DNA of 64,000 nucleotides from Ostreococcus lucimarinus (Eukaryota), in NCBI GenBank assembly GCA_000092065.1, contig CP000584.1; one strand, written 5' to 3'. A program made the translations under genes and the position numbers. Below, one piece after another: positions 17,770 to 26,806 of this stretch. The notes under the pieces were generated by a model, which saw nothing but the letters and a program-made list of their open reading frames with translations, was not told the origin of the DNA and ran no database searches. Numbering within the stretch: the stretch's first letter is position 1; the number at the start of each line of letters is the position of its first letter.

Positions 17770-19089
17770 ATGATGGACGCGACGACGCGACGGGGATCCG
17801 TGGGGCGTCTCTCGAGCGCGTTGGCGCTCGTCGGTGCGCTCGCCGCGCTGGCGTGCGTCGCGGGACTCGGAGGCGATCGCGGCGTCGCCGCGCGCGCGGG
17901 GCTGGGAAGCCATCACGGGCACAAGAAGGAAATACTCGAAGGCTCGACGAAGAATTGCGTGAACGCGGCGGCGGATAACGCGGCGGGGACGTTTCAGATG
18001 GAGACGTCGAAGTGCGAGGATTTGTCGACGCCGGGGTGCGTCGGACATCGATCGATGTGTCGATTTTGCCAGACGCACATGGCGACGAATCGAAACCACG
18101 ACTGGCCGGTGTGCCCGGCGACGGTGTGCGCGGAGAACGACGTGCACGGGTGCAAGTCGGAGTCGGGGAAAAAGATGACTAAACGGGAGTTGGCGTGGGA
18201 TATCTTGCGCCAGCACGTGCTCGATCACAATAGCATGGTGGCGGGCATCAAGATTGGAAAGTGCCACGGCAATTCGCAGGATCACGGCTTGGGGCGGTAT
18301 CAATACAGCGACTCGCAGTGTTTACGGTCGGGCTTGCCCGGTTGTCTCGGTGCGGGCGCAGCGTGCCGCTTTTGTAACGTGAAGAACGCGAAGAAGGCCG
18401 GTAATGAGTGGCCCACGTGTCCGATGGCGGTGTGCGACAAGTACGACGTGAAGTCAAAGTATTGCGCAAAGCTCACGCAATACCACGTGCCGCCGGAAAC
18501 GCCCCCAAAGGATTGGGATGAGAAATCTTTACCCGATACGATGTCCGTCGAACTCGACGAAGACGACGAAGATGCAGATTCGTTGAAGTTGAAGTCTGTG
18601 AAGTCGCACCATCAACACAAACACAAGCATAGCGAAGATGACGATGACGATGACGATGACGATATCGATGCCAAGCCCGTCTCAAAGCACTCAAAGCATA
18701 GCGACAGTGCCGGCTTAGGTGAAGACGAAGGTGAAGACGATGACGAGTACTACTCCAAAGAAAGTACTATACCGGTGGAGGCGGACGACGACGACGACGA
18801 CGACGACGACGATGAGGAAGATGAGGAAGATTACGAAGATGACGAGGACGAGGACGAGGACGAGGACAAATCGCACGTCAAAAAGCATCATCATCATCAT
18901 TCCAAGGTCAAGTTAGGTAACCAGGCTGCGCTAGACGACCAGGCCATAGTACATACCCACAAGAATGAGCAATCGGTGAAGCAGACGCATGCGGCGTCTG
19001 ACCTCGACTCTTTGGTTTTTGAAGAGATTGACGTCGAAGCGATCTCTTCCGAACGCGGTAAAAAGAGATCATCGCGAGGGACAGAGTAG
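17770..19089 (+). CDS. secreted protein with two novel cysteine-rich repeats and a poly-Asp/Glu plus His-rich tail
   Basis: ATG at 17770 gives the signal peptide MMDATTRRGSVGRLSSALALVGALAALACVAG. The ORF-track start at 17620 abuts the divergent gene. Repeat 1 is PGCVGHRSMCRFCQTHMATNRNHDWPVCPATVCAENDVHGC. Repeat 2 is PGCLGAGAACRFCNVKNAKKAGNEWPTCPMAVCDKYDVKSKYC. The tail is HHQHKHKHSEDDDDDDDDD...EADDDDDDDDDDEEDEEDYEDDEDEDEDEDKSHVKKHHHHH, and (GAC)9 occurs at about 18785-18811. Confidence 0.55.
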   Translation: MMDATTRRGSVGRLSSALALVGALAALACVAGLGGDRGVAARAGLGSHHGHKKEILEGSTKNCVNAAADNAAGTFQMETSKCEDLSTPGCVGHRSMCRFCQTHMATNRNHDWPVCPATVCAENDVHGCKSESGKKMTKRELAWDILRQHVLDHNSMVAGIKIGKCHGNSQDHGLGRYQYSDSQCLRSGLPGCLGAGAACRFCNVKNAKKAGNEWPTCPMAVCDKYDVKSKYCAKLTQYHVPPETPPKDWDEKSLPDTMSVELDEDDEDADSLKLKSVKSHHQHKHKHSEDDDDDDDDDIDAKPVSKHSKHSDSAGLGEDEGEDDDEYYSKESTIPVEADDDDDDDDDDEEDEEDYEDDEDEDEDEDKSHVKKHHHHHSKVKLGNQAALDDQAIVHTHKNEQSVKQTHAASDLDSLVFEEIDVEAISSERGKKRSSRGTE

Positions 19090-19124
19090 TATTTTAATCG
19101 GTATCTACAGTACAGCCATGGACT

Positions 19125-20093
19125 TTACAATTCTTCTACTGCGTCTAAGTCTTGACTCGACGCGCGCCGTCGTCGCCTAGCGAACTTGACACTCTGCGCT
19201 AAAATCGTCGCGTCGAGCGACACAGTGCCAAAGCTCCCCAAAAGCCAAGGCAACGATCGTATCACGTCCGCTCTCGAGTGACTCGCACACAACACCGACG
19301 TTCCGTACGCGACGTTCGCTGTGATGGCGAGCGCGAACATCGTGAGCGACAACCCCTCGACGGAACGCCGTCGTCTATTTTTTGCTATTTGCGCCAAACG
19401 ACCGCCCAAGTAGAAACACGTCGCCAGATACCCAACGCCGCGACCAAAGCTTTGCATCCACGCCGGATTGGCGTTATAATCACAATCAGTGACATTCATC
19501 GCCTCGCGTAACATCCCATTCGACGCTTCTCCCGCGCTATTCGTCGTCATCGTCGTCAACGCCAACGCCGCCGCGCCCGCCAACACGAAGCCGCCCACGG
19601 GCGACATCGGGCTTCGCATCCCCTCGTCTCCGCGCGTCCTCTCCCGCACGTTCTCCTCCTCGCTCGAGCGTTCATCCTCGCTTCCTCGCAGCGGTTCATA
19701 CCCAGACACCGATCCCTCGTCATCGCTCGCGCTCGCTCGCGCTCGCGCGCCGTCGCGTTCGTAATACGTGTACTGACACAGCAGCGCCAAATCGCTCAAC
19801 ACAAAGTACACCGCGGTGTACGTTTGCGTCGGCGCTTGGTCCCCGGTGAGGACGCATCCGATCAAGTTGAACGAGTCCCCGGCCAGCCATTGAAGCAAGA
19901 AGTACGGGCTTAAACCGCGCGCGGATTTCGCGCGATAGTTCAACACGAGCTGCGGGACTTGCGCGCTCATCCAGCACGCTATGGTGACGAGGGCGAGATA
20001 AAAGCCCGCGAGTTGGACGTCATCGCTGACGCACTCGCGAAACGTGACCCTGATCCAGTCCAAGGCGTCCGGGGAGGCGCACGTACACGGCAT
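19125..20093 (-). CDS. PQ-loop repeat (cystinosin/LAAT-like) lysosomal/vacuolar transporter
   Basis: ATG at 20093. The first PQ-loop is VTIACWMSAQVPQLVLNYRAKSARGLSPYFLLQWLAGDSFNLIGCVL. A second repeat occurs near the C-terminus, and there are seven hydrophobic segments. Confidence 0.8.
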   Translation of the reverse strand: MPCTCASPDALDWIRVTFRECVSDDVQLAGFYLALVTIACWMSAQVPQLVLNYRAKSARGLSPYFLLQWLAGDSFNLIGCVLTGDQAPTQTYTAVYFVLSDLALLCQYTYYERDGARARASASDDEGSVSGYEPLRGSEDERSSEEENVRERTRGDEGMRSPMSPVGGFVLAGAAALALTTMTTNSAGEASNGMLREAMNVTDCDYNANPAWMQSFGRGVGYLATCFYLGGRLAQIAKNRRRRSVEGLSLTMFALAITANVAYGTSVLCASHSRADVIRSLPWLLGSFGTVSLDATILAQSVKFARRRRRASSQDLDAVEEL

Positions 20094-20176
20094 GACGCCG
20101 ACGACGCGAGGCGCGCGGTGACGCGACTGGGACCGACTGAAAGAATAAACGTTGAATACATTAGAGTGCTGCCTCG

Positions 20177-21130
20177 CTAGCTATTGATCGAATTACCTAA
20201 ACTTTTGAGCGCCACCTTAGCGCGGAGGGTTTGGAGCTGGTCGTCCAACACCGAGACGCCGAGTCGCAGGCGGTCCATCAAACCGTGGTCGGTGGACATG
20301 GCGACGGCGCGACAGGCGATGAGCTTTTGTAAATCCGTCGGCGTCGACGCCGGAGCGACTTGTAACACGGCGAACGACAGACGTTCAGCGCGTGTGAGCG
20401 GGCTATGAGCGAATCCTTCCGGGACGGTCGTCCAATCGGCGTCCTCCATCGTCACTTCGGCTTCGATGCGTTCGACGGTGACGCTCGGCGCGTCCACCCA
20501 CGCCATGGCGGAGCGCAAGTCGCCGACCTCCTTATGCGTCCAAATCCCTTCGAACGACGCGTCGTCGAACTCATTTACGGTATTTTCATCGTCCGCGTCC
20601 TCGTCCTTCGCATCGCTCTCGGCGCTCTCGACGTCAGTGTCGCTCGGCGCGTCGCCCAACAACCTCGCGCTCAGCAACAAGACGTCCCGAACCGCGCCCT
20701 CGATGTAATCCGTCACCTCCTTCACCTGCGCCAGCTCCGCATCGCTCGGCACGTACGTCCCCGCGTCGCCCATCTGCGGCACGTGCGTGAACACTCCCGT
20801 GATGAACGGCTCTCGCCCCGCGATCCCTTCCAATTTCACCCTCGCCTCGCCGACCACGTCCACGCGCGCGCCGACGGCTTCCCGCGTCACCGTCTCGATC
20901 CTCGCCAGCGTCGCCGACGCGTTCACCGTGAGCCCTTCCTCCTCGCTCGACTCGCTCGGCAAAAACGTCAACTGCGCGATCAACCCTCCCGTGCGCTTCA
21001 TCGCGTCCTCGAGCAGCGCTAAGAACCGCGCCTCGTACAGGTGCAGCGTCAGCCTCGACCCCGGGAGCAGCGTCTCTCGCCGCGGGAACAACAGCGCGGG
21101 CACCTCGACCTCGACGAACTCCTTCGCCAT
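20177..21130 (-). CDS. LON substrate-binding (Lon N-terminal, PUA-like) domain protein
   Basis: ATG at 21130 (MAKEFVEVEVPALLFPRRETLLPGSRLTLHLYEARFLALLEDAMKRTGGLIAQL) is the typical Lon-N domain start. The ORF continues upstream to 21802 as Arg-rich low complexity. An alternative ATG at 21340 would add a transit-peptide-like leader. Confidence 0.7.
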   Translation of the reverse strand: MAKEFVEVEVPALLFPRRETLLPGSRLTLHLYEARFLALLEDAMKRTGGLIAQLTFLPSESSEEEGLTVNASATLARIETVTREAVGARVDVVGEARVKLEGIAGREPFITGVFTHVPQMGDAGTYVPSDAELAQVKEVTDYIEGAVRDVLLLSARLLGDAPSDTDVESAESDAKDEDADDENTVNEFDDASFEGIWTHKEVGDLRSAMAWVDAPSVTVERIEAEVTMEDADWTTVPEGFAHSPLTRAERLSFAVLQVAPASTPTDLQKLIACRAVAMSTDHGLMDRLRLGVSVLDDQLQTLRAKVALKSLGNSINS

Positions 21131-21831
21131 CGCGGCGGAGTAATCCAAGTACCCACCGCCGCGCGCGCCGTCGCCGTCGCCGTCGTCGTCGCCGTCGCCG
21201 TCGTTCGCGCCCGTCGCGCGCGTCGCGCGCGTCGTCGCGCGCCTCGACGCCTCGCGCGTCGCCCGTCGCGCGCGTCGCCGTCGCGCGTCGCCGGTCGCGC
21301 GCGCGCGCGCCGTCGCGACGTCCGCGCGCGCCGCGCGCATCGTCGCGCGTCTCGCGTCGCGCGCGCGCGCGTCTCGCGCGCGCGCGCGCCGGCGGCCGCC
21401 GAAACGCGACCCCCTCGATCGACGAGTCCTGACTCGACGATATCGTCGTGTGCGCAAACAGTGCGAAGACACTTTACACCACCGAGACAGCGCAGACAGG
21501 GCCTCGGCGCGGCGCGCGCGCGCGCGCGCGTCGAAAAAAACGCGCGAATCGGCGAAAAAACGTCGACGATTCGACGCGCGCGCGACGGACGGCGCCGCGG
21601 CGACGGCGCGATCTCGAATTCGCGCGCGTTCGAATCCGCACACGCGCGCGCGCGACGCCACGCGCACGTCGCTCGACCGAACGCGAACGCGCGCACGTCG
21701 ACGTCGAACGCATCGCGAACGAATCCGCGCGAGAACGCGCGACGCGACGCGACGCGAGGGCGCGCGTCGACCGCGCGCGGGACGTCGGGATTTGAATCGC
21801 ATCGGACGCGCGCGCGAGGCGACGACGGGCG

Positions 21832-22653
21832 ATGAGCGCGATCAGCGTGACGTCGGTGCAGGTGCTGGATAATCCGCAGTTCTTCGCGAATCCGCTGCAG
21901 TTTGAGATTCAGTACGAGTGCTTGCACGATCTTCAGCACGGTGCGCGCGAGGCGAGGCGAGGCGATCGATGCGCGATGACGGGGCGGACAGCTGGAAATT
22001 TGAAATTTGAAGGCGCGGGCGGGACGAGGGGGCGCGGGGAGACGGGGGCGAGGGACGACGGTGACGCGCGATGCGAGCGCGAAGACTGACGAGGCGATGA
22101 CGCGCGACGCGCCGACGCAGATCTCGAGTGGAAGCTGACGTACGTCGGGAGCGCGGAGGACGACAAGTGCGATCAGATTTTGGACACGGTGCTCGTGGGG
22201 CCGGTGGTTCGCGGGGCGTACAAGTTTGTGTTCCAGGCCAATCCGCCGGATGTGAGCAAGATTCCGCAGGAAGACATCTTGGGCGTGACGGTGCTTCTCG
22301 TGACGTGCTCGTACAACAACCAAGAGTTCATCCGGGTCGGGTACTACGTGAACAACGAGTACGCCGACGAAGAGTTGAAGGAGAACCCGCCAGCGCAGCC
22401 GAGAATCGATAGAATTGTTCGCAACATTTTGGCTGAGAAGCCGCGCGTGACTCGATTCCCGTGCGACTTTGATGCGCAAGCGATCCCTGGAATGGAGAAC
22501 GCGGGTTCGGAAGATGCGATGATGGGCGACGAAAACAACCTCCCGAACGCGCCTGCCATGGGCGTAGACTTTTCCAAGGAGCAGGCGTCGGCTTTCTTCC
22601 AAGGAGAGCAAGCGCAACAACAACCCGCTCCGGGAATGCAGGGCCTGTGGTAG
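21832..22653 (+). CDS. ASF1: histone chaperone ASF1, 2 exons (21832..21940, 22121..22653)
   Basis: Exon 1 encodes MSAISVTSVQVLDNPQFFANPLQFEIQYECLHDLQH. The donor is G|GTGCGC at 21941 and ACTGAC at 22085-22090. The acceptor CGCAG is at 22116-22120. Exon 2 encodes DLEWKLTYVGSAEDDKCDQILDTVLVGPVVRGAYKFVFQANPPD...VTCSYNNQEFIRVGYYVNNEY, colinear with the canonical ASF1 core. The frame is restored only with the 180-nt intron. Confidence 0.9.
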
Positions 22654-22739
22654 TGTGTCAACCAAACGAGGACGACGACGACAGCCAGCACGTGTGTAGA
22701 TAAACATTAGCGCAACAAATTGAATTAAAATCTTCGACG

Positions 22740-25133
22740 TTACGACGACTTTTCGCGAATGAAAATGGGCAGCGCGCCGATCGGGGCGGAGAAATCGCGC
22801 ATCCAACGCCGACCCTGGTGGACCTTGCCATTAGATAAATCGCGCCATCGACCCTCGGTCAAATAAATCGCTCTCTCATTCGCGCCTCGCGTGGTGACGG
22901 GGGCGACGATGATATCTTCGCCGAGCGCGAACTGATCTCCTATGCGGAACGTTTCGCTATCCTCGGGATCGAGCCACCACATCGGACGACAGATGGGTTC
23001 GAGCGTTTCGACCGCGCGTTCGCTGTGATCGATGAGGGTCTCCACGAACTGATCGCGCATCTCCAATGCGGAGATGCATAAGTCTTTCGCCATGCTACCT
23101 GCGGCCCAAGGAGTGAGGGAAAACTGCATCGCCGGCATCAGCGCGTTGGCTTGCGCCCACCTCACGAGGAGCTCTTCGTCCGGGTGTTTGCCAAAATAAG
23201 CGTTTCCACCGATGATGTCTGGCAAACAAAACGGGTACCCAAGCACGCCAGATGTAAGCAGCGCGGGAATAATCGACCCTAGCCCGTTCTCAATGCCCCA
23301 GTCGGAGAATCTATCGCCCATGCGGACGAGGGAAGAATTCCCTGTGCTGTTATGACCGCTTCGAACTTCTGCAAGTTCGAACTTTGAAGCGACGTTGTTC
23401 ACCCACGCTCTCGTGTACTCTGATGGGTGCGAAAGAGGTGTGTGTGTGATGAATCTTCGCGGCAAAAAGCATGGTTCACCGGCGTCAAACTTGAAGCCGT
23501 CGATACCGTGCTTTTCTTGCAGACGCTTCAACCGAGATACAAACCAATCAACCGCCTCCGGGTTTGTGACGTCTAACGCGACGACTGGCGGCGTTTGCCA
23601 CCACCTGAAGAAACCATTTCGCGTGTTCGAATTGACAAAGTAACCCTTGTCCTTCCCTTCTCTGTACGCCATTGTATCTTCGGCGATGAACGGCATGACC
23701 CACACCGTCACTTTGAAGCCCATGGCGTGAAGCTCGTCCACCATCGAACTCGGATCTGGGAACTTTGTGGCGTCAAAATCGAGATCACCGTACCCACACT
23801 GCCACTTGTCATCGATCTCGATGACGCTGGCGCTCATACCGTTCGCAAGAATTTCTTGCGCGAAGCTCAAAACCTTTTCTTGCGAAACGTTCGTCTTCAT
23901 CTTCGCCCATGTCGTCCAAATCGGGGCTCGAAACACTTCCGAGGGCGGAGCTGCTTTCGGTTTATGCAGAGTCTTGTGGACGTTGATCGTCGCCAATTTG
24001 ACGTTCTTGTTCGCACACAGCGCCACGCGCATGTGTCTTCGCGTTGCGTGCGCATGCTTAGGCGATACCCAACCGACGAGCGGGTGGTTCATGCTGAACG
24101 GCCCGTAGCCTTTGTGAAATGAATTGCGAGCTTGTAAGCGCAAGAGCCCGTCACCGACGCGACGCCCTTTATGAAACGGTAAAATCGTCCGAGTCGCGTT
24201 TTGAATGCCCACACCAAACGCTCGCTTACTAAAAAATCCGTCGAACCAAGTCGCGTTCGGCGCGTTGAGACCAACGTGGAAAAATGGAGTATCCGGATCC
24301 GCCACGACTGCACATCCGTTACTCGTCACCCAATGCGTGGAAACGAGCGTGTTCAATCCATTAGGTCCGTTGTCGAAGGGATAATGAGGGCCAATCTCCA
24401 TGCATCCATCGTTCAACGGCCAGTGCTGAGCCATCAAATGCGACCCGCCGTACACGTCTCCCACTCGCTCCAAATCAATCATGATCTCCGCCGTCGCGTG
24501 CATCAAGCTCCCATCGGCGACGGAGTAGTCCAGCAGAAACCCATCGCTTAACCCATCGCACCACTGCTCCCCCGTGCTCAATCCCGCGCTCGGTCTAATC
24601 GTCAACGAAGCGCGCTGTCCCCACGTCACGGTGGCGCCGCCGTTCGCCTCTCTCGTCACCACTCCCTCCTCCGTCAACGCCAACGCCGGAAGCGCACACT
24701 GCGCCTCACACACAACTTCACCCCCACGTCTCAGCACCACGCTCCCATCGTCCCGGACCGTGAGTTTCGCCTCGCCGCATCGCAGCGTCGTCTCCCTCGG
24801 TCTTTCGGGCCGCGTCAGCCTCGGAAATTCGTACGGCAACCCGCGATGCGGCGCCCCCGTGAGCGCCCCCGCCGTCGGTCGCGTCGCCCCCGCGCGCACA
24901 TCTCTTTGATCACCGCCCGTTTCCAGCGCGCCTCGCGCCTCGCGCGCCCCATCCCGCGTCGCTCCAATTCTGACCGTCGGCACCGTGCGCCGTCGTCTCG
25001 TCGACACGACCGCGCCTCGCGCGCCTCGCGCGACGCCTCGTCGCGCCTCGCGCGCGCGCGAAACGACGCGCGGAATTCTCGCGCGCGTACTGTCGACGCG
25101 CGGCGCGGAAAGCGCGCCCCAATCGAGCGTCAT
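22740..25133 (-). CDS. glycoside hydrolase family 31 (alpha-glucosidase-type)
   Basis: ATG at 25133. GMSASVIEIDDKWQCGYGDLDFDATKFPDPSSMVDELHAMGFKVTVWVMPF and GIDGFKFDAGE carry the GH31 catalytic-region signature. The N-terminal beta-sandwich and C-terminal domains are present. Confidence 0.85.
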   Translation of the reverse strand: MTLDWGALSAPRVDSTRARIPRVVSRAREARRGVARGARGAVVSTRRRRTVPTVRIGATRDGAREARGALETGGDQRDVRAGATRPTAGALTGAPHRGLPYEFPRLTRPERPRETTLRCGEAKLTVRDDGSVVLRRGGEVVCEAQCALPALALTEEGVVTREANGGATVTWGQRASLTIRPSAGLSTGEQWCDGLSDGFLLDYSVADGSLMHATAEIMIDLERVGDVYGGSHLMAQHWPLNDGCMEIGPHYPFDNGPNGLNTLVSTHWVTSNGCAVVADPDTPFFHVGLNAPNATWFDGFFSKRAFGVGIQNATRTILPFHKGRRVGDGLLRLQARNSFHKGYGPFSMNHPLVGWVSPKHAHATRRHMRVALCANKNVKLATINVHKTLHKPKAAPPSEVFRAPIWTTWAKMKTNVSQEKVLSFAQEILANGMSASVIEIDDKWQCGYGDLDFDATKFPDPSSMVDELHAMGFKVTVWVMPFIAEDTMAYREGKDKGYFVNSNTRNGFFRWWQTPPVVALDVTNPEAVDWFVSRLKRLQEKHGIDGFKFDAGEPCFLPRRFITHTPLSHPSEYTRAWVNNVASKFELAEVRSGHNSTGNSSLVRMGDRFSDWGIENGLGSIIPALLTSGVLGYPFCLPDIIGGNAYFGKHPDEELLVRWAQANALMPAMQFSLTPWAAGSMAKDLCISALEMRDQFVETLIDHSERAVETLEPICRPMWWLDPEDSETFRIGDQFALGEDIIVAPVTTRGANERAIYLTEGRWRDLSNGKVHQGRRWMRDFSAPIGALPIFIREKSS

Positions 25134-25432
25134 CGCGCGGCGTCGCCTCGCGAATGTGACCGTCTAACCTCCCGCGCCGCTTCGGTGTTTTCGCGCCCTC
25201 GACGCGCGCGCGTCGCGCGTCGCGGACCGCGCGCGCGCGCGAACGATGTGGAAGTTTATGTGCGAGCGTTCGCGTCGCGACGCGCGCGTCGACGACGGTT
25301 GCACGCGGAGAAGTAGCGCAAGATTCGACGACGCGCGAAAAAGCGCTGACGCGGATAACGGGCCGTTATTAACGGCTGGTTTGGCAGTCGTGTGCTCGGC
25401 GGCTGCTTTTAAATACACGTAAGGCGCGCGAG

Positions 25433-26494
25433 CTACGGCCAAGACGCCATCACGATGGCCTTCTTGGCGTCGTAATCGCGCATGTGCGTGGCGTACACGT
25501 CGAAATTCCACGCGGAAGGGACGACGCCGCCCATGTCGTCGTCGACGGCGCTCGAGTGAAACACCGCGCCCATGGTGGCGGCGGCTTTTTCCTTCTTCTT
25601 CTTGTTCACGAAGACGATCTTGGAGTACGTCTTGGGATCGATGAAAGGCGAGATGATGGACCAAAACACGCGGAAAATGGTCGGAGGGTTGAAGCACACG
25701 GCCAGGCCCAGGCGCTCGGGGTAGTGGTTTTGTAAGATGGAGAGCGTCTCGCGAGCCGTCGCCATCGGAACGGCGTTCTTGCGGGACCAATCGGTGAAGT
25801 TGATCAAGATGACGATTTGCTCGGGCGCCAGGTCCGCCTTGGAGCCACGAGGTTCACGTTCGCGCGAAGACTTCCAGAGAATGTTCTCCAACGTGTACAC
25901 CAAGAATTTGATGTTTTCCACGTGGTTGTACGAGTTTTCGCGGTCCGGGCGCATCACGAGCACGCGGCGGCCGCGCTTATCTCGACCGCTTCTGTACTGC
26001 TTCCCCGTGAGCGCCTCATCGGCGATGTCGTCCCACGTCAACGCCTCCGGTTTCATCGTCGCTCGCCACTGAAGCGACGCGATGATCATTTTCAGCGCCT
26101 TGTCCACGTTCCATTTGCGCGCGCGCAGGTATCGACACAAGCACGCGTCGTCCACGTACACCCGCAGCGCCGGCGTCCCGAGCAAATCCGAATTTTCCGC
26201 CGCGGCCGCGTTCAGTTTCTCCCTAAACTTTCGCAACGACTCGAGATCCTTCGGCGTCATCGTGACCTCCCGCCCGCTCTGCGTCCGGTCGATCTGCGCC
26301 GGCGCTTGATTCGGCAACGCCTTCGCCGCCGCCTCCCTCGCCTTTCGTCTCCTCGCCGCGTCGAACACCGCATTCAGCGCATCGTTTCTATCCCTCCCGT
26401 CGAGCCATCGCACGAACATCACCGCGATCCACACCAAGAACATCAGCGCGAACGGCGCCGCCAGCACGAACGCCGTCGCGCAGTCGTCGTCCAT
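25433..26494 (-). CDS. SEC14/CRAL-TRIO phosphatidylinositol-transfer domain protein with an N-terminal hydrophobic anchor
   Basis: The CRAL-TRIO core is LRVYVDDACLCRYLRARKWNVDKALKMIIASLQWR...RVLVMRPDREN...EQIVILINFTDWS...ERLGLAVCFNPPTIFRVFWSIISPFIDPKTYSKIVFV. ATG at 26494 (MDDDCATAFVLAAPFALMFLVWIAVMFV). Upstream ORF parts to 27457 are Arg-rich and antisense to CDC123. An alternative ATG lies at 26740. Confidence 0.75.
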   Translation of the reverse strand: MDDDCATAFVLAAPFALMFLVWIAVMFVRWLDGRDRNDALNAVFDAARRRKAREAAAKALPNQAPAQIDRTQSGREVTMTPKDLESLRKFREKLNAAAAENSDLLGTPALRVYVDDACLCRYLRARKWNVDKALKMIIASLQWRATMKPEALTWDDIADEALTGKQYRSGRDKRGRRVLVMRPDRENSYNHVENIKFLVYTLENILWKSSREREPRGSKADLAPEQIVILINFTDWSRKNAVPMATARETLSILQNHYPERLGLAVCFNPPTIFRVFWSIISPFIDPKTYSKIVFVNKKKKEKAAATMGAVFHSSAVDDDMGGVVPSAWNFDVYATHMRDYDAKKAIVMASWP

Positions 26495-26806
26495 CGCCCA
26501 CGCCCTCAGCCGCGCCCGCGTCGCGATCCATCGCGGCAGATCCCTGCGAAACCGTCGCAGTTCCGGCCGCTTCACCAGCGCTCGCTTGTACAGCGCGTAC
26601 GACCGCCGCAGCGTGTCGCGCAGCGCCCTCGCGCGCGCGTCGCCCGCGATGGCTTTTTGAACGCGTCTCCACGGCGCCTCGATCGACGCGCGCGCGATCG
26701 CCCACGTCGACCGCGGCGGCTCGCGTCGCGCGCCGAACATCGCGACGCGCGCGTCTCCCGCGTCGCTCGCGTCCGCGTCGCGTCGCGCGCTCGAGAGGGC
26801 GGCGCG

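Noticed and set aside
21618-21640. tRNA-like TTCGAATCC T-loop motif (gcgttcgaatccgcacacg)
   Set aside because: Flanking bases do not form a T-stem, and no acceptor, D or anticodon arms can be built. It is a chance match in a GC-rich spacer.
21941-22120. Possibility that the 100-390-nt introns are copies of a proliferating introner element, as described for Micromonas
   Set aside because: The six intron sequences share only the splice and branch signals and GC-rich low complexity. I see no common internal sequence or terminal repeats, so there is no support from this window alone.
25817-26806. N-terminal 330-aa extension of the CDC123 ORF, and equivalent extensions of FCP1 (39157..39876), ZMAT2 (43512..44150), thioredoxin (62444..63103), SEC14 (26495..27457) and LYAR (7791..8084)
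   Set aside because: The extensions are R/H/P-rich, lack homology, and run antisense through the neighbouring divergent gene. The conserved domains begin at internal ATGs, which I used as starts.
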